Shown here in pieces: positions 29,701 through 38,306 of a DNA stretch of 64,000 nucleotides. Position numbers and translations under genes: made by a program. The notes below the pieces were generated by a model, which did no database searches, was not told where the DNA came from, and saw only the letters and a program-made list of their open reading frames with translations. Location of the stretch: positions 882 to 64,881 of the forward strand of contig CAZGIV010000001.1 in assembly GCA_964526175.1 (NCBI GenBank). Direction: 5' to 3'. The stretch is from an uncultured Thermoplasmatales archaeon. GTDB taxonomy: Archaea > Thermoplasmatota > E2 > DHVEG-1. Each line of letters begins with the position of its first letter. The first letter of the stretch is position 1.

Positions 29701-29940
29701 AATGAAGAGTTGTGTAGTGGCTGTAAGACCTGTGAACAACTGTGTGCCTATTCTGCCATTGAGATAAAACCACGGCAGAATGACCCTGAACATTTTGTTG
29801 CTACGGTAAATAAAGCACTTTGTAAGGGATGCGGCTCATGCGCAGGAGCGTGCCCGTCCGGTGCGATCGAACAGAAAGGGTTCCGGAGTAAACAAATCCA
29901 AGTCATGCTTGAAGCACTCCTTGGGGCAGGTAAAAAATGA
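26725..29940 (+). CDS. hdrA: Tandem double-HdrA fusion: an N-terminal HdrA-like FAD/ferredoxin module lacking the CHCG N-domain, joined to a complete canonical HdrA. The start may be the Met at 26752, just after the korC stop.
   Basis: First FAD fold VLIVGAGISGMQSALDIADKGY with inserted ferredoxins CTGCGDCAEVCP and CVGCGSCDRVCEP plus YCSRVCCMYA. Then the canonical HdrA N-domain RIGVFVCHCGKNI...ACSPRTH...ANIRNQCSWVH. Second FAD fold VLVIGGGISGMKAALALAEMN. C-terminal CSGCKTCEQLC...CKGCGSCAGACPSGAI. Confidence 0.7.
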   Translation: MPSKKNNQKMDHDLGIPLCDDYFFDEPEAIEQEEKMPEPASTIQKISEVVTRKKKRIIYGDVLIVGAGISGMQSALDIADKGYKVVIIDKTSTIGGAMVKLDKTFPTNDCSICTAAPKMVELARHPNIELITYAEMNKLVGKKGDFTAQIWKKSKYVDPDKCTGCGDCAEVCPVEIISPFDEKISTRKAVYIEFPQAVPIVYTVDIEKCVGCGSCDRVCEPAAISFLEKSEEIEVHAGSIIIATGFEVFEPTEIRKEYGYGKYENVLTAMQIERLLSSFGPTSGKVLRPSDYKKPKKIGWIQCVGSRSEQQGYPYCSRVCCMYATKEASIVKESNPEINITIYYMDIRAYGKDFQQYYDHAKKLGVKYVRGRPSSVYENKNKSLIVRYKDTLTGKIKEDTVDLLVLSTSIIPAKGNKKLAEIIGLEVDENGFFKQESLLENPVESSKEGVYLAGCIQGPKDIPDSVSMASGAAAKAVAPIKDRQRHIGKEFPPEKDISKEEPRIGVFVCHCGKNIAGYLDVEKVTEEVKKLPNVTHAEHVMFACSQDSGKKIKALIKEKNLNRIIVAACSPRTHGGLFQDTLLEAGLNKYLFEMANIRNQCSWVHSDDWEKATIKAIDLVKASVAKVSLLEPLSEEEFSILPSVLVIGGGISGMKAALALAEMNVKSYLIEREKELGGRLKQLNTMFPTDKKAQDIIDPLIKKVTTNKLITVMTGAELVSIEGFIGNYKGTIKQKGKKKQLGIGTIIVATGFREIDLKGEYQHKINENILSQTELEEKIKKGTLKKPKNVVIINCAGAMDEQRPYCCRIGCGVAIKNAKVISEKYPGSKIYLLYRDMRVFGKEEEEYYSNVIKNHHVTVIRYPGEKKPEVILDKKDPKKGPMKIKVYDDILEEELTLPADLVVLTVNTEGEVLTESLKNMLKIPADSAGFFLEAHAKIRPLDFATDGIYLCGAAHYPKNLVDSIAQAEGAASRAAIPIMQEKMKGEGQVAEVNEELCSGCKTCEQLCAYSAIEIKPRQNDPEHFVATVNKALCKGCGSCAGACPSGAIEQKGFRSKQIQVMLEALLGAGKK

Positions 29941-30362
29941 AGAAGAAAATTGAGAAAAACAAAAAGTTTAGTAAGATCGTATTCAAAAAAGGAGGCCTTG
30001 CCAAGGAAGTTGAAGACCTCTGTGGAGAAAATCTGTTCGGGTGCTACCAATGCGGAACATGCTCCGCGGGATGTCCCTTTGTTGATGACATGGATCTCGC
30101 ACCCGATGAAGTCATCCGATATGTTGTTCTTGATCGGTCAGAGGTCCTGAGTTCAAAGACCATTTGGTTGTGTTCCTCATGTTTCACCTGTGCTGAACGA
30201 TGTCCACGTGACATTAATATTACAAAAATTATGGAGGCACTTCGTCAGATAATTCTTCGAAAAAAAATTGATCAGAGTAATCCAATAAAAATATCAAAAA
30301 AAGAGCGAGAATCTATTCCTCAGCTCGCCTTTGTAAGCTTGTTTAGAAAAAATGTTGGATAA
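29937..30362 (+). CDS. hdrC: Heterodisulfide reductase subunit C-like (2x[4Fe-4S])
   Basis: CYQCGTCSAGCP...CSSCFTCAERCP. Overlaps the hdrA stop by 4 nt. Confidence 0.7.
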   Translation: MKKKIEKNKKFSKIVFKKGGLAKEVEDLCGENLFGCYQCGTCSAGCPFVDDMDLAPDEVIRYVVLDRSEVLSSKTIWLCSSCFTCAERCPRDINITKIMEALRQIILRKKIDQSNPIKISKKERESIPQLAFVSLFRKNVG

Positions 30363-30376
30363 AAGAACAATAAAAA

Positions 30377-31282
30377 GTGAGTAGCATGAAACTGCTCTAT
30401 TACCCCGGATGTACCCTAAAAACCTCTGCAAAAAACCTTGAGAAGACAGCAATCGAAGTCACCAAGGCTCTTGGTCATGAACTAGTGGAAATGAAAGATT
30501 GGAATTGTTGTGGCGTAGTCGCTTCACTTACTAGCGATGATCTGATGCGTCACCTTGCCCCCTTACGGAATTTAATTCACGTGGAGGACGAAGGGGAAAA
30601 CAAGGTAATAACACTGTGTGATATGTGTTGTAACACATTAAAACAAACAAATCTTCGTGTGAAAGAAAAACCTGAGGACCTCAAGACGCTTAATGCGTTT
30701 ATGGACCGGGAGAATGACTATAAAGGAACTGTTTCCGTGCTTCACTTTCTTGAATTTCTCCGAGATGAAATCGGATTTGCCACGTTGAAAAAAAAGGTAA
30801 AAAATCCTTTAAAAGGGATAAAAATAATGCCCTATTACGGGTGCATGCTACTTCGTCCACGGGAAGTAAGTATCGATGACCCAGAAGAACCAACAATTCT
30901 CAGTGACCTGCTCAGATCCCTTGGCGCTGAGACTGTCGATAATCCGTTTAAAATAGAATGTTGTGGGTCGTACAATACCGTTGAGCAAAAAGAAATTGTT
31001 TCCCGAAGAGCACATCGAATCACAAGCTTTGCACTCGACCAAGGTGCTGATGCCATCGTACTCTCCTGTCCGTTATGCCGGTTTAATCTTGACATGAGAG
31101 GAAAAGAAGCAGAGAAACTTTTCAAGGGATACAAACAAATACCGGTCTATTATTACACCCAACTAATCGCAGTTTCATTAGGGCTTGACCATAGTGTCTA
31201 TGGTTTCGACCAGCATGTGGTTGATCCAACTCTATTGTTGAAAAAAAAGGGGATTTTAGAGAGTAGAAGGATAAAAATCTAA
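30377..31282 (+). CDS. hdrB: Heterodisulfide reductase subunit B-like (two CCG domains)
   Basis: LLYYPGCTLKTSAK...NCCGVV and ...ECCGSYN... are CCG-domain signatures. Confidence 0.7.
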   Translation: MSSMKLLYYPGCTLKTSAKNLEKTAIEVTKALGHELVEMKDWNCCGVVASLTSDDLMRHLAPLRNLIHVEDEGENKVITLCDMCCNTLKQTNLRVKEKPEDLKTLNAFMDRENDYKGTVSVLHFLEFLRDEIGFATLKKKVKNPLKGIKIMPYYGCMLLRPREVSIDDPEEPTILSDLLRSLGAETVDNPFKIECCGSYNTVEQKEIVSRRAHRITSFALDQGADAIVLSCPLCRFNLDMRGKEAEKLFKGYKQIPVYYYTQLIAVSLGLDHSVYGFDQHVVDPTLLLKKKGILESRRIKI

Positions 31283-31289
31283 AAAAAAC

Positions 31290-32309
31290 ATGGTGAATGG
31301 TATGAGTAAAGAAGAAAAGAAATCTCAATCAAAAGAAACAAAGAAATTACAGCTTGCGTTTTATTGGGCAGCGAGTTGCGGGGGATGCGAAATTGCGGTG
31401 CTCGATATTAATGAAAAAATTCTTGATGTCATCGCAATTGCAGACATCCTCTTTTGGCCGGTTGCGATAGATACAAAATACAAAGACGTCGAAGCAATGG
31501 CAGATAAAAGCATTGACGTCTGTTTCTTTAATGGTGCGATTCGAACAACAGAACAAGAACATCTTGCCAACCTCCTTAGGAAAAAAGCAAAGGTGCTCGT
31601 TGCGTTTGGCGCCTGTGCAGTCAACGGGGGCATCCCTGGTCTTGCCAATGTAGCAAACAGAGAGGAAGTATTCAAGGTCGCTTATCTCGATAACCCTTCG
31701 ACAGAGAATCCAAAGAAAATCACTCCGAAAACATCTGTGAAAGTCAAGGAAGGAACATTGACTCTTCCTGAATTTTATGACACGGTAAAAAGTCTCAATC
31801 AAGTAGTTGATGTTGATTACTATCTGACTGGTTGTCCACCAACACCGGATATGATTATGACTGCTGTCGGTGCAATTGTTGAAAATAAACTTCCACCAAA
31901 AGGTTCGATTATTGCTCCCTTGAAATCGGTATGCGATGAATGTCGGTTTGAAAAATCTGAAAAGAAAATCAAGCAAATCAAACGAGTCTATGAACTCGAA
32001 AAATTCGAGGAGAAATGCCTGCTTGAACAAGGAGTCATCTGCATGGGACCTGCCACACGAGGTGGATGTAGTGCACGCTGTTTAGATGCCAATATGCCCT
32101 GCACCGGATGCGGTGGCCCAACACCTAATTCTCTTGACCAAGGAGCAAAAATGATCTCAGCACTTGCCTCGATTCTTGGGTTGGAAGGTGAAGAAAAAAT
32201 GAGCGATGAAGAGGTTGATAAATTGATTGATCAAGTCGTTGATGTCACGGGAACGTTTTATAAGTATACGTTACCAACCTCTCTTATTAACCGGAAGGTG
32301 ATAAAATGA
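31290..32309 (+). CDS. mvhG: [NiFe] hydrogenase small subunit (F420-non-reducing Mvh-type, MvhG-like)
   Basis: AASCGGCEIAVLDINEKILD is the proximal-cluster motif. C-terminal Cys clusters. Precedes the large-subunit gene with a 4-nt overlap. Confidence 0.65.
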   Translation: MVNGMSKEEKKSQSKETKKLQLAFYWAASCGGCEIAVLDINEKILDVIAIADILFWPVAIDTKYKDVEAMADKSIDVCFFNGAIRTTEQEHLANLLRKKAKVLVAFGACAVNGGIPGLANVANREEVFKVAYLDNPSTENPKKITPKTSVKVKEGTLTLPEFYDTVKSLNQVVDVDYYLTGCPPTPDMIMTAVGAIVENKLPPKGSIIAPLKSVCDECRFEKSEKKIKQIKRVYELEKFEEKCLLEQGVICMGPATRGGCSARCLDANMPCTGCGGPTPNSLDQGAKMISALASILGLEGEEKMSDEEVDKLIDQVVDVTGTFYKYTLPTSLINRKVIK

Positions 32310-33763
32310 AAACAATAACAATTGATCCAATCACACGATTGGAAGGACATGGAAAGATCAGTATCTTCCTTAATGACGAAGGAGATGTTGAAAATGCCTA
32401 TCTTCAGATCCCGGAGCTTCGGGGGTTTGAGCGGTTTTCCCAAGGACGCCGCGCAGAGGATATGCCTCAGATAACCTCTCGAATCTGCGGGGTGTGCCCT
32501 GTCGCTCATCATTTTGCTGCAACAAAAGCTCTTGATGCAGCATTTCATGTTGATCCACCCTCCGCGGCAAAGAAACTCCGAGAATTAATGTATGCCGGAT
32601 ATTTTATCTATGATCATATCCTTCATTTCTACTACTTGGGCGGACCAGATTTCGTTGTTGGACCGGATGCACCACCAGCGAAACGTAATATTATCGGTGT
32701 TATTGAGAAAGCAGGGGTAGAAATCGGAAAAGAAGTCATAAAACATCGCGCGTACGGCCAGAAAATAACAGCCATCCTTGGAGGAAAAGCGACCCATCCT
32801 GTGTGTGGTCTTCCTGGTGGTGTATCAAAATCACTGTCAAAGGAGGAAGTAAAAGACATTGAGACGATGGCAAAATCCTGTGTTGAATTCGCTAAGTTTT
32901 CCTTAAAATTATTTGATGATATCGTACTGAAAAACAAAACCTATGTTGATTTAATTCTCAGTGACCCGTATCAACTTGCGACCTACAACATGGGAATGGT
33001 CGATAAAAACAACAAAATCAATTTCTATGACGGAACCGTGCGGGTCACCGACCAAAAAGGAAAAGAGATCGTAAGATTCAACCCAGAAGAATACACTAAA
33101 CATATCGTTGAACATGTTGAAGAATGGAGTTATATAAAATTCCCCTATCTTAAGAAAATCGGATGGAAAGGCTTTATCGATGGAAAAGACAGCGGCATTT
33201 ATCGCGTTGGCCCGCTTGGTCGTTTGAACGCTTCTGAGGGAATGGCAACACCGCTTGCAGATAAGGAGTACAAAAAAATGTTTGAGACTCTTGGCGGAAA
33301 GGCAGTGAACTCAACGCTAGCGTTTCACTGGGCACGGCTCATTGAACTACTCTATGCAACGGAGCGATCTATGGAGCTGATTCAGGATCCTGAAATCACA
33401 TCGGATAAGATCCGTAACCCAGTTGGCGAACCAGGGGAAGGGGTTGGTATTGTGGAAGCAGCCCGTGGAACCCTTATTCATCATTACAAGCTTGATAAAA
33501 AAGGGTTAATCGAAAAAGCAAACCTTATTGTTGCTACCACGAACAACGCAGGTGCCATTAACATGTCGGTCAGAAACGCAGCAAAGGGAGTAATTAAGAA
33601 AGGAAACGTGAGTAACGGTATCCTCAACATGGTGGAAATGGCGTTCCGTGCCTATGATCCTTGCTTTGCGTGTGCAACCCATACACTTCCTGGTGGAATG
33701 CCCCTTGAAGTCAACATCTATGACCATAAGAAAAGTTTGTATAAGACATTTAAAAGGATGTAG
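32306..33763 (+). CDS. mvhA: [NiFe] hydrogenase large subunit (MvhA-like)
   Basis: N-terminal RLEGHGKI. RICGVCPVAHHFAA. C-terminal DPCFACATH Ni-binding motif. Confidence 0.75.
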   Translation: MKTITIDPITRLEGHGKISIFLNDEGDVENAYLQIPELRGFERFSQGRRAEDMPQITSRICGVCPVAHHFAATKALDAAFHVDPPSAAKKLRELMYAGYFIYDHILHFYYLGGPDFVVGPDAPPAKRNIIGVIEKAGVEIGKEVIKHRAYGQKITAILGGKATHPVCGLPGGVSKSLSKEEVKDIETMAKSCVEFAKFSLKLFDDIVLKNKTYVDLILSDPYQLATYNMGMVDKNNKINFYDGTVRVTDQKGKEIVRFNPEEYTKHIVEHVEEWSYIKFPYLKKIGWKGFIDGKDSGIYRVGPLGRLNASEGMATPLADKEYKKMFETLGGKAVNSTLAFHWARLIELLYATERSMELIQDPEITSDKIRNPVGEPGEGVGIVEAARGTLIHHYKLDKKGLIEKANLIVATTNNAGAINMSVRNAAKGVIKKGNVSNGILNMVEMAFRAYDPCFACATHTLPGGMPLEVNIYDHKKSLYKTFKRM

Positions 33764-33775
33764 AGGAAAACAGAG

Positions 33776-34267
33776 ATGAAGACCATTGTCTTAGGGATCG
33801 GAAATCCAATTCTTCGTGATGATGGGGCCGGGATTCATGTTGCCCATCAGCTGAAACACTACATAACAGACCAAAAAGTTACCATTGACGAGGCATACAC
33901 CGGTGGGATGAATCTTCTTGATATGATGATTGGCTACGACAAAGCAATTCTTATCGATACCGTCAACATTGCAGATGCAAAGAATGGTGAAGTAAAACGA
34001 TTGACGCTTCAGAACTCCAGTGCTACGTGTCACTCCTGCAATCCCCATGACGTCTCTCTTCAGGAAGCCCTCAGACTTGCAGAAAAACTTGGTGAAAAGA
34101 ATATTCCAAAGGAGATTATCGTAATTGGTATTGTTGTAAAAGAAATACCGATTCAGTTTGGGGAACAATTAAGTAAAAACATCCAAGCGGCAGTACCAAA
34201 AGCTGTTGAAATGACATTACTTGAATTAAAAAAAATCCAACGAAGGAGGAAAAAAGAACTAACATAA
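33776..34267 (+). CDS. Hydrogenase maturation endopeptidase (HycI/HybD/FrhD family)
   Basis: MKTIVLGIGNPILRDDGAGIHVA is the N-terminal signature of the family. Confidence 0.65.
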   Translation: MKTIVLGIGNPILRDDGAGIHVAHQLKHYITDQKVTIDEAYTGGMNLLDMMIGYDKAILIDTVNIADAKNGEVKRLTLQNSSATCHSCNPHDVSLQEALRLAEKLGEKNIPKEIIVIGIVVKEIPIQFGEQLSKNIQAAVPKAVEMTLLELKKIQRRRKKELT

Positions 34268-34291
34268 AAAAATTTGAGGTGAGCACAGAAG

Positions 34292-34723
34292 ATGAAAAAA
34301 GAATTTGAACCAAACATCATAGGCTTTCTCTGTAACTGGTGTAGTTATGCAGGAGCAGACCTTGCAGGAACCAGTCGACTGAAATACCCTTCGAATATTA
34401 AATCGATTCGGGTCATGTGTTCAGGTAGAGTCGACCCTATCTTTATTCTGGAAGCGTTAAAAAAAGGTGCTGATGGTGTTCTTGTCGCAGGATGTCATCC
34501 CGGAGATTGTCATTATCAATCAGGTAATTATAAGACAAATCGGCGAATAAAACTATTAAAGAAACTTCTTGGGGAACTCGGGGTTGAACCCGAGCGAGTA
34601 CGTTTTGAATATATCTCAGCATCAGAAGGACAGAAATTCGCTCAAGTTGTCACTGATTTTGTTGCTGAGTTAAAAAAACTTGGACCAAATCCAATTAAGG
34701 AAGAAACATGCATATCGATATAA
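34292..34723 (+). CDS. mvhD: MvhD-like hydrogenase/Hdr-associated [2Fe-2S] subunit
   Basis: IGFLCNWCSYAGADLAGTSR...IRVMCSGRVDP...GCHPGDCHY is the MvhD/FlpD signature. Confidence 0.7.
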   Translation: MKKEFEPNIIGFLCNWCSYAGADLAGTSRLKYPSNIKSIRVMCSGRVDPIFILEALKKGADGVLVAGCHPGDCHYQSGNYKTNRRIKLLKKLLGELGVEPERVRFEYISASEGQKFAQVVTDFVAELKKLGPNPIKEETCISI

Positions 34724-36138
34724 AAAAATTACAAGAAATTGTTGGGGTAGAAAACGTTCGTGATAATATCGCTGATCGCTATGTCTATGCTTCTGATGCC
34801 TCTGTTCACCGTCATCTCCCTGACATTGTTGTAAGACCAAGCACTATCGAAGAAGTCCAACATATTCTTCGCTATGCGAACGACAATAAAATCCCTGTTG
34901 TTCCCCGAGGGGCAGGATCAGGGATGTCCGGACAGACCGTCCCAATTGCAGGTGGCATTGTTCTTGATATGAAGCGAATGAACAGAATTATCGAGATACG
35001 ACCAGAAGATGTTCTCTGTAAAGTAGAACCCGGTGTGATTAACGATGAGTTAAACCGGGTGCTCAAGCCATCTGGGTTTTTCTTTCCTCCGACACCATCC
35101 TCAGGAATGATTTGTACAATCGGAGGAATGATTGGTACAAACGCGTCAGGAAACCGCTCGGTGAAATACGGTGCAACTCGCGATGCTATCTTAGGGATGA
35201 AAGTTGTTCTTGCAAACGGTGAACTCGTGACCCTTGGCTCAAATACCAGGGTTGATTCATCAGGTTATCAACTCGCCAAACTCATGGTTGGCTCCGAAGG
35301 GACGCTAGGGATTGTCGTAGAAGCGACATTATTAATATCTCCGATACCGAAATACCGGGCGATGGGAGTAGCGAATTTTTCAAGCCTTGAAGACGCAGGA
35401 CGAATGATCTCAGATACAATTGCATCAGGTATCACTCCATCCATGCTTGAACTTATGGACAATGTCGCAATCACTGCGGTGAATAACGCTCAGCATCTCG
35501 GCTTACCAGATGTTGCAGCGATCGTCATCTTTGAATGCAATGGAATGGTCAAAGAAGCAGTAGACCATGAGATGAAACGGATTTCAGAAATATGTGAAAA
35601 GCATCAGGGAACTGGAGTGAAGATAAGTGACGATCCAAAAGAGATGAAACGGATTTATGAAGGAAGACAGAAGTTGTTCCCTTCCCTTTCCCGCTACGGG
35701 GAAGGCATGGTGTCCACTGCTCTTGCAGATGATATGGCGGTCCCTATGTCAAAAATTGCTGATGCAGTTCATGAAATTCACGAGATTGCGAAACGTAATA
35801 ATGTTGTGATGAGCGCGTACGGTCATTGTGGAGCAGGATTGATTCATACAAAAATTTTGATGGATACTAATAAAAAATCCCAGTGGCAGGATGCAAAAAA
35901 AGCAGTAAAAGAAGTCTATGAGTACATCCAGGCACTCGGGGGGACCACCTCTGGTGAACATGGAATAGGGATTTCAAAAGCACCATCTTGGAAAGAAGAA
36001 AAAAAAGATTCATTAGCATTAATGAAAGCCATTAAAAAAACATTTGACCCAAATAACATCCTGAATCCTCAAAAACTTATGGATGCACCAGAAGACTGGT
36101 TGACAGCAACACCACTTCGTTATCACATGTCCGCCTAA
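34708..36138 (+). CDS. glcD: FAD-linked oxidase (GlcD/D-lactate dehydrogenase-like, PCMH-type FAD-binding)
   Basis: ...PVVPRGAGSGMSGQTVPIAGGIVLDMKRMNRIIE... is the FAD-binding PCMH domain. C-terminal GlcD-like domain. Paired with an HdrD-like CCG protein downstream. Confidence 0.65.
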   Translation: MHIDIKKLQEIVGVENVRDNIADRYVYASDASVHRHLPDIVVRPSTIEEVQHILRYANDNKIPVVPRGAGSGMSGQTVPIAGGIVLDMKRMNRIIEIRPEDVLCKVEPGVINDELNRVLKPSGFFFPPTPSSGMICTIGGMIGTNASGNRSVKYGATRDAILGMKVVLANGELVTLGSNTRVDSSGYQLAKLMVGSEGTLGIVVEATLLISPIPKYRAMGVANFSSLEDAGRMISDTIASGITPSMLELMDNVAITAVNNAQHLGLPDVAAIVIFECNGMVKEAVDHEMKRISEICEKHQGTGVKISDDPKEMKRIYEGRQKLFPSLSRYGEGMVSTALADDMAVPMSKIADAVHEIHEIAKRNNVVMSAYGHCGAGLIHTKILMDTNKKSQWQDAKKAVKEVYEYIQALGGTTSGEHGIGISKAPSWKEEKKDSLALMKAIKKTFDPNNILNPQKLMDAPEDWLTATPLRYHMSA

Positions 36139-36163
36139 ACGATCTTGTTATGAGGGAGTAATT

Positions 36164-37267
36164 GTGACAACAACAAAGAAAACATCTCATCTTCAAAAAC
36201 ATGAACAAGAAATGAACGTATGCATCAGATGCGCGTATTGTTTTGAACAATGTCCCGTTATCAGAGAAGTGCAATGGGATACTGAAGGCGCTCGTGGGAA
36301 AGTGATTCTTGCCTATGGGATTCTGACTGGTGAAATTGAACCGTCTCAGTATATCGCTGACAAGCTGTTCCGGTGCACATTCTGCCGTGATTGTTTAGAG
36401 CGATGTCCGTCAAAAGTGAAGATCCTTGAAATTATTTCCTCCGCTCGGGCGGACATGGTAGAAGCAGGATTTGCTTCTGATATACAAAATCATGTTGTTC
36501 AGAACATTCATACCACCGGGAATATCTATGGCGACAAAGAGGTCGTTTCACAAGAACGAGAAGGAAAAACTCCCTTGTTCATTGGATGTCAATATCTCGG
36601 ACGACCCAATAAAACAAAAAAATACATTAAAATCTTAGAGGAAATCGGAATCTCTCCTGTTGTGAAAAAGGAAGTGTGCTGCGGATACCCTCTAGAAGTC
36701 CTTGGGTTCAAAAAAGAGTTTACCATCCATAAAGAGCAATTCCAGAAATCTTTCCCATTTAAAGAAGCGATGACATTATGCCCAACATGCACCATATTTT
36801 TACACGAAGGACATAACATTAACGCGAAACATGTTCTACAGGTAATCAGCGAAAAAATCCCTTCTGCACACCTGAATATGAAAGTGACCTATCATGATCC
36901 CTGTGATTTTTCACGAGGGTTAAAACTTATTGAAGAACCACGAAAGATACTCAAAAAACTTGGTGTTGACGTTGTTGAGATGGAGACAAATAAGCAAAAT
37001 TCCCGGTGTTGTGGTGGAGGAGGCGGCATCCTCATGTCTGATCAATCTCTTTCAAATGATATTGCAAAAAAACGAATTCATGAAGCCTTGGACACCGGGA
37101 CAGAAATCCTTGTAACTTCCTGTCCAACGTGTGAACAGGTCCTTAAAAAAGCTGCTCAGGAAATCGGTGAAGCAGAAGGGAAGACAATGATCATTCGCAG
37201 CATTGAAGATATCATCTGGCAAGGAATTCAGGAGGCGAAAAAAAGTGCTGAAGCTACTAAAGCTTGA
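36164..37267 (+). CDS. HdrD/GlcF-like Fe-S oxidoreductase (two ferredoxin-type 4Fe-4S motifs plus two CCG domains)
   Basis: CIRCAYCFEQCP and CTFCRDCLERCP, followed by ...CCGYP... and ...CCGGGGGILM... (CCG domains). Confidence 0.65.
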   Translation: MTTTKKTSHLQKHEQEMNVCIRCAYCFEQCPVIREVQWDTEGARGKVILAYGILTGEIEPSQYIADKLFRCTFCRDCLERCPSKVKILEIISSARADMVEAGFASDIQNHVVQNIHTTGNIYGDKEVVSQEREGKTPLFIGCQYLGRPNKTKKYIKILEEIGISPVVKKEVCCGYPLEVLGFKKEFTIHKEQFQKSFPFKEAMTLCPTCTIFLHEGHNINAKHVLQVISEKIPSAHLNMKVTYHDPCDFSRGLKLIEEPRKILKKLGVDVVEMETNKQNSRCCGGGGGILMSDQSLSNDIAKKRIHEALDTGTEILVTSCPTCEQVLKKAAQEIGEAEGKTMIIRSIEDIIWQGIQEAKKSAEATKA

Positions 37268-38306
37268 TCATCTTCAAGGCCAGCAATCCATGCTTATTTT
37301 CCATGCACTCGCGCGTCTCGGGTTCGAAGGACTAGTACTAGTGTCTCCAGATATACCGTTAGCATCGATAGGATATTTCCAGGATGCAGAAAAAGAAATT
37401 GATCTTGCAGCCTGTAAAAAACTAGGGATTCCAGTGATGCGGCGGGAAGTTGGTGGTGGAGCAACCTATCTTGATCATAACCAAGTATTTTATCAACTGA
37501 TTTGGCGAAAGGGACACCTGGCGTTCCCAACTCGGGTAAAAGACATCTTCTCCGTGCTCTCACAACCAGTATGTGATACGTACCATGACTTCGGCATTGA
37601 AACACACTTCAGAGCAGAAAATGACATCATCACAAAAAACCAGCGGAAGATTGCTGGTGAAGGCGGTGGAGATATAGGCGAAAACATAGTGTTTGTTGGC
37701 GGTATTCTTCTGGATTTTGATTTTTCAACGATGAGTAAAATCCTTAAAGTTCCTGATGAAAAATTCAGGGATAAAATCTATAAAAGCATGGAAGAAAACC
37801 TTACGACGATGAAACGAGAATTAGGATACTTACCTGCTCGAGAGGAGGTAGTAACTTCTCTGGTTACAAATTTTGAACACCTTCTTGGGCCTTTGCAACC
37901 GATGATTCTTACCTCAGATGTTTTTGATAAAATGATCGAGCTTGAGCAACTATTCACCTCTGATAGATTCTTGTTTAAAAAAACCCCACGAATCCCTAAC
38001 GGTGTTAAAATCCGCGAAGGAGTCGAACTGCTCTATAGCACCTATAAAGCACGAGGAGGGTTAATTCGAACGTCCCAGGAGATTAAAGATAATATGATCC
38101 AAACAATAGGAATCTCAGGTGATTTTCAGTTCTATCCTAAATCAGAGCTGAGTGGATTGGAACAAAACCTTCAACAAACCAAACGAAAAGAACACGAATT
38201 GATTTCCAAAGTTGAGGATTTCTATCATGAAAACAAAATAGAAAGCCCAGGAGTAGAACCTGAGGATGTTTCTGATGCAATCATGGAGGCAAAAAAAAAT
38301 GATTGA
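37245..38306 (+). CDS. lplA: Lipoate-protein ligase A-like enzyme (BPL/LplA/LipB catalytic domain plus C-terminal domain). Probable GTG start at 37245 with a GGAGG SD, which overlaps the upstream gene.
   Basis: Catalytic motifs MRREVGGGATYLDHNQVF (RRxxGGGAVxHD-type) and KNQRKIAGEGGGDIGENIVFVGGILLDFD (lysine motif RK-x-AG). Confidence 0.65.
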   Translation: MLKLLKLDHLQGQQSMLIFHALARLGFEGLVLVSPDIPLASIGYFQDAEKEIDLAACKKLGIPVMRREVGGGATYLDHNQVFYQLIWRKGHLAFPTRVKDIFSVLSQPVCDTYHDFGIETHFRAENDIITKNQRKIAGEGGGDIGENIVFVGGILLDFDFSTMSKILKVPDEKFRDKIYKSMEENLTTMKRELGYLPAREEVVTSLVTNFEHLLGPLQPMILTSDVFDKMIELEQLFTSDRFLFKKTPRIPNGVKIREGVELLYSTYKARGGLIRTSQEIKDNMIQTIGISGDFQFYPKSELSGLEQNLQQTKRKEHELISKVEDFYHENKIESPGVEPEDVSDAIMEAKKND

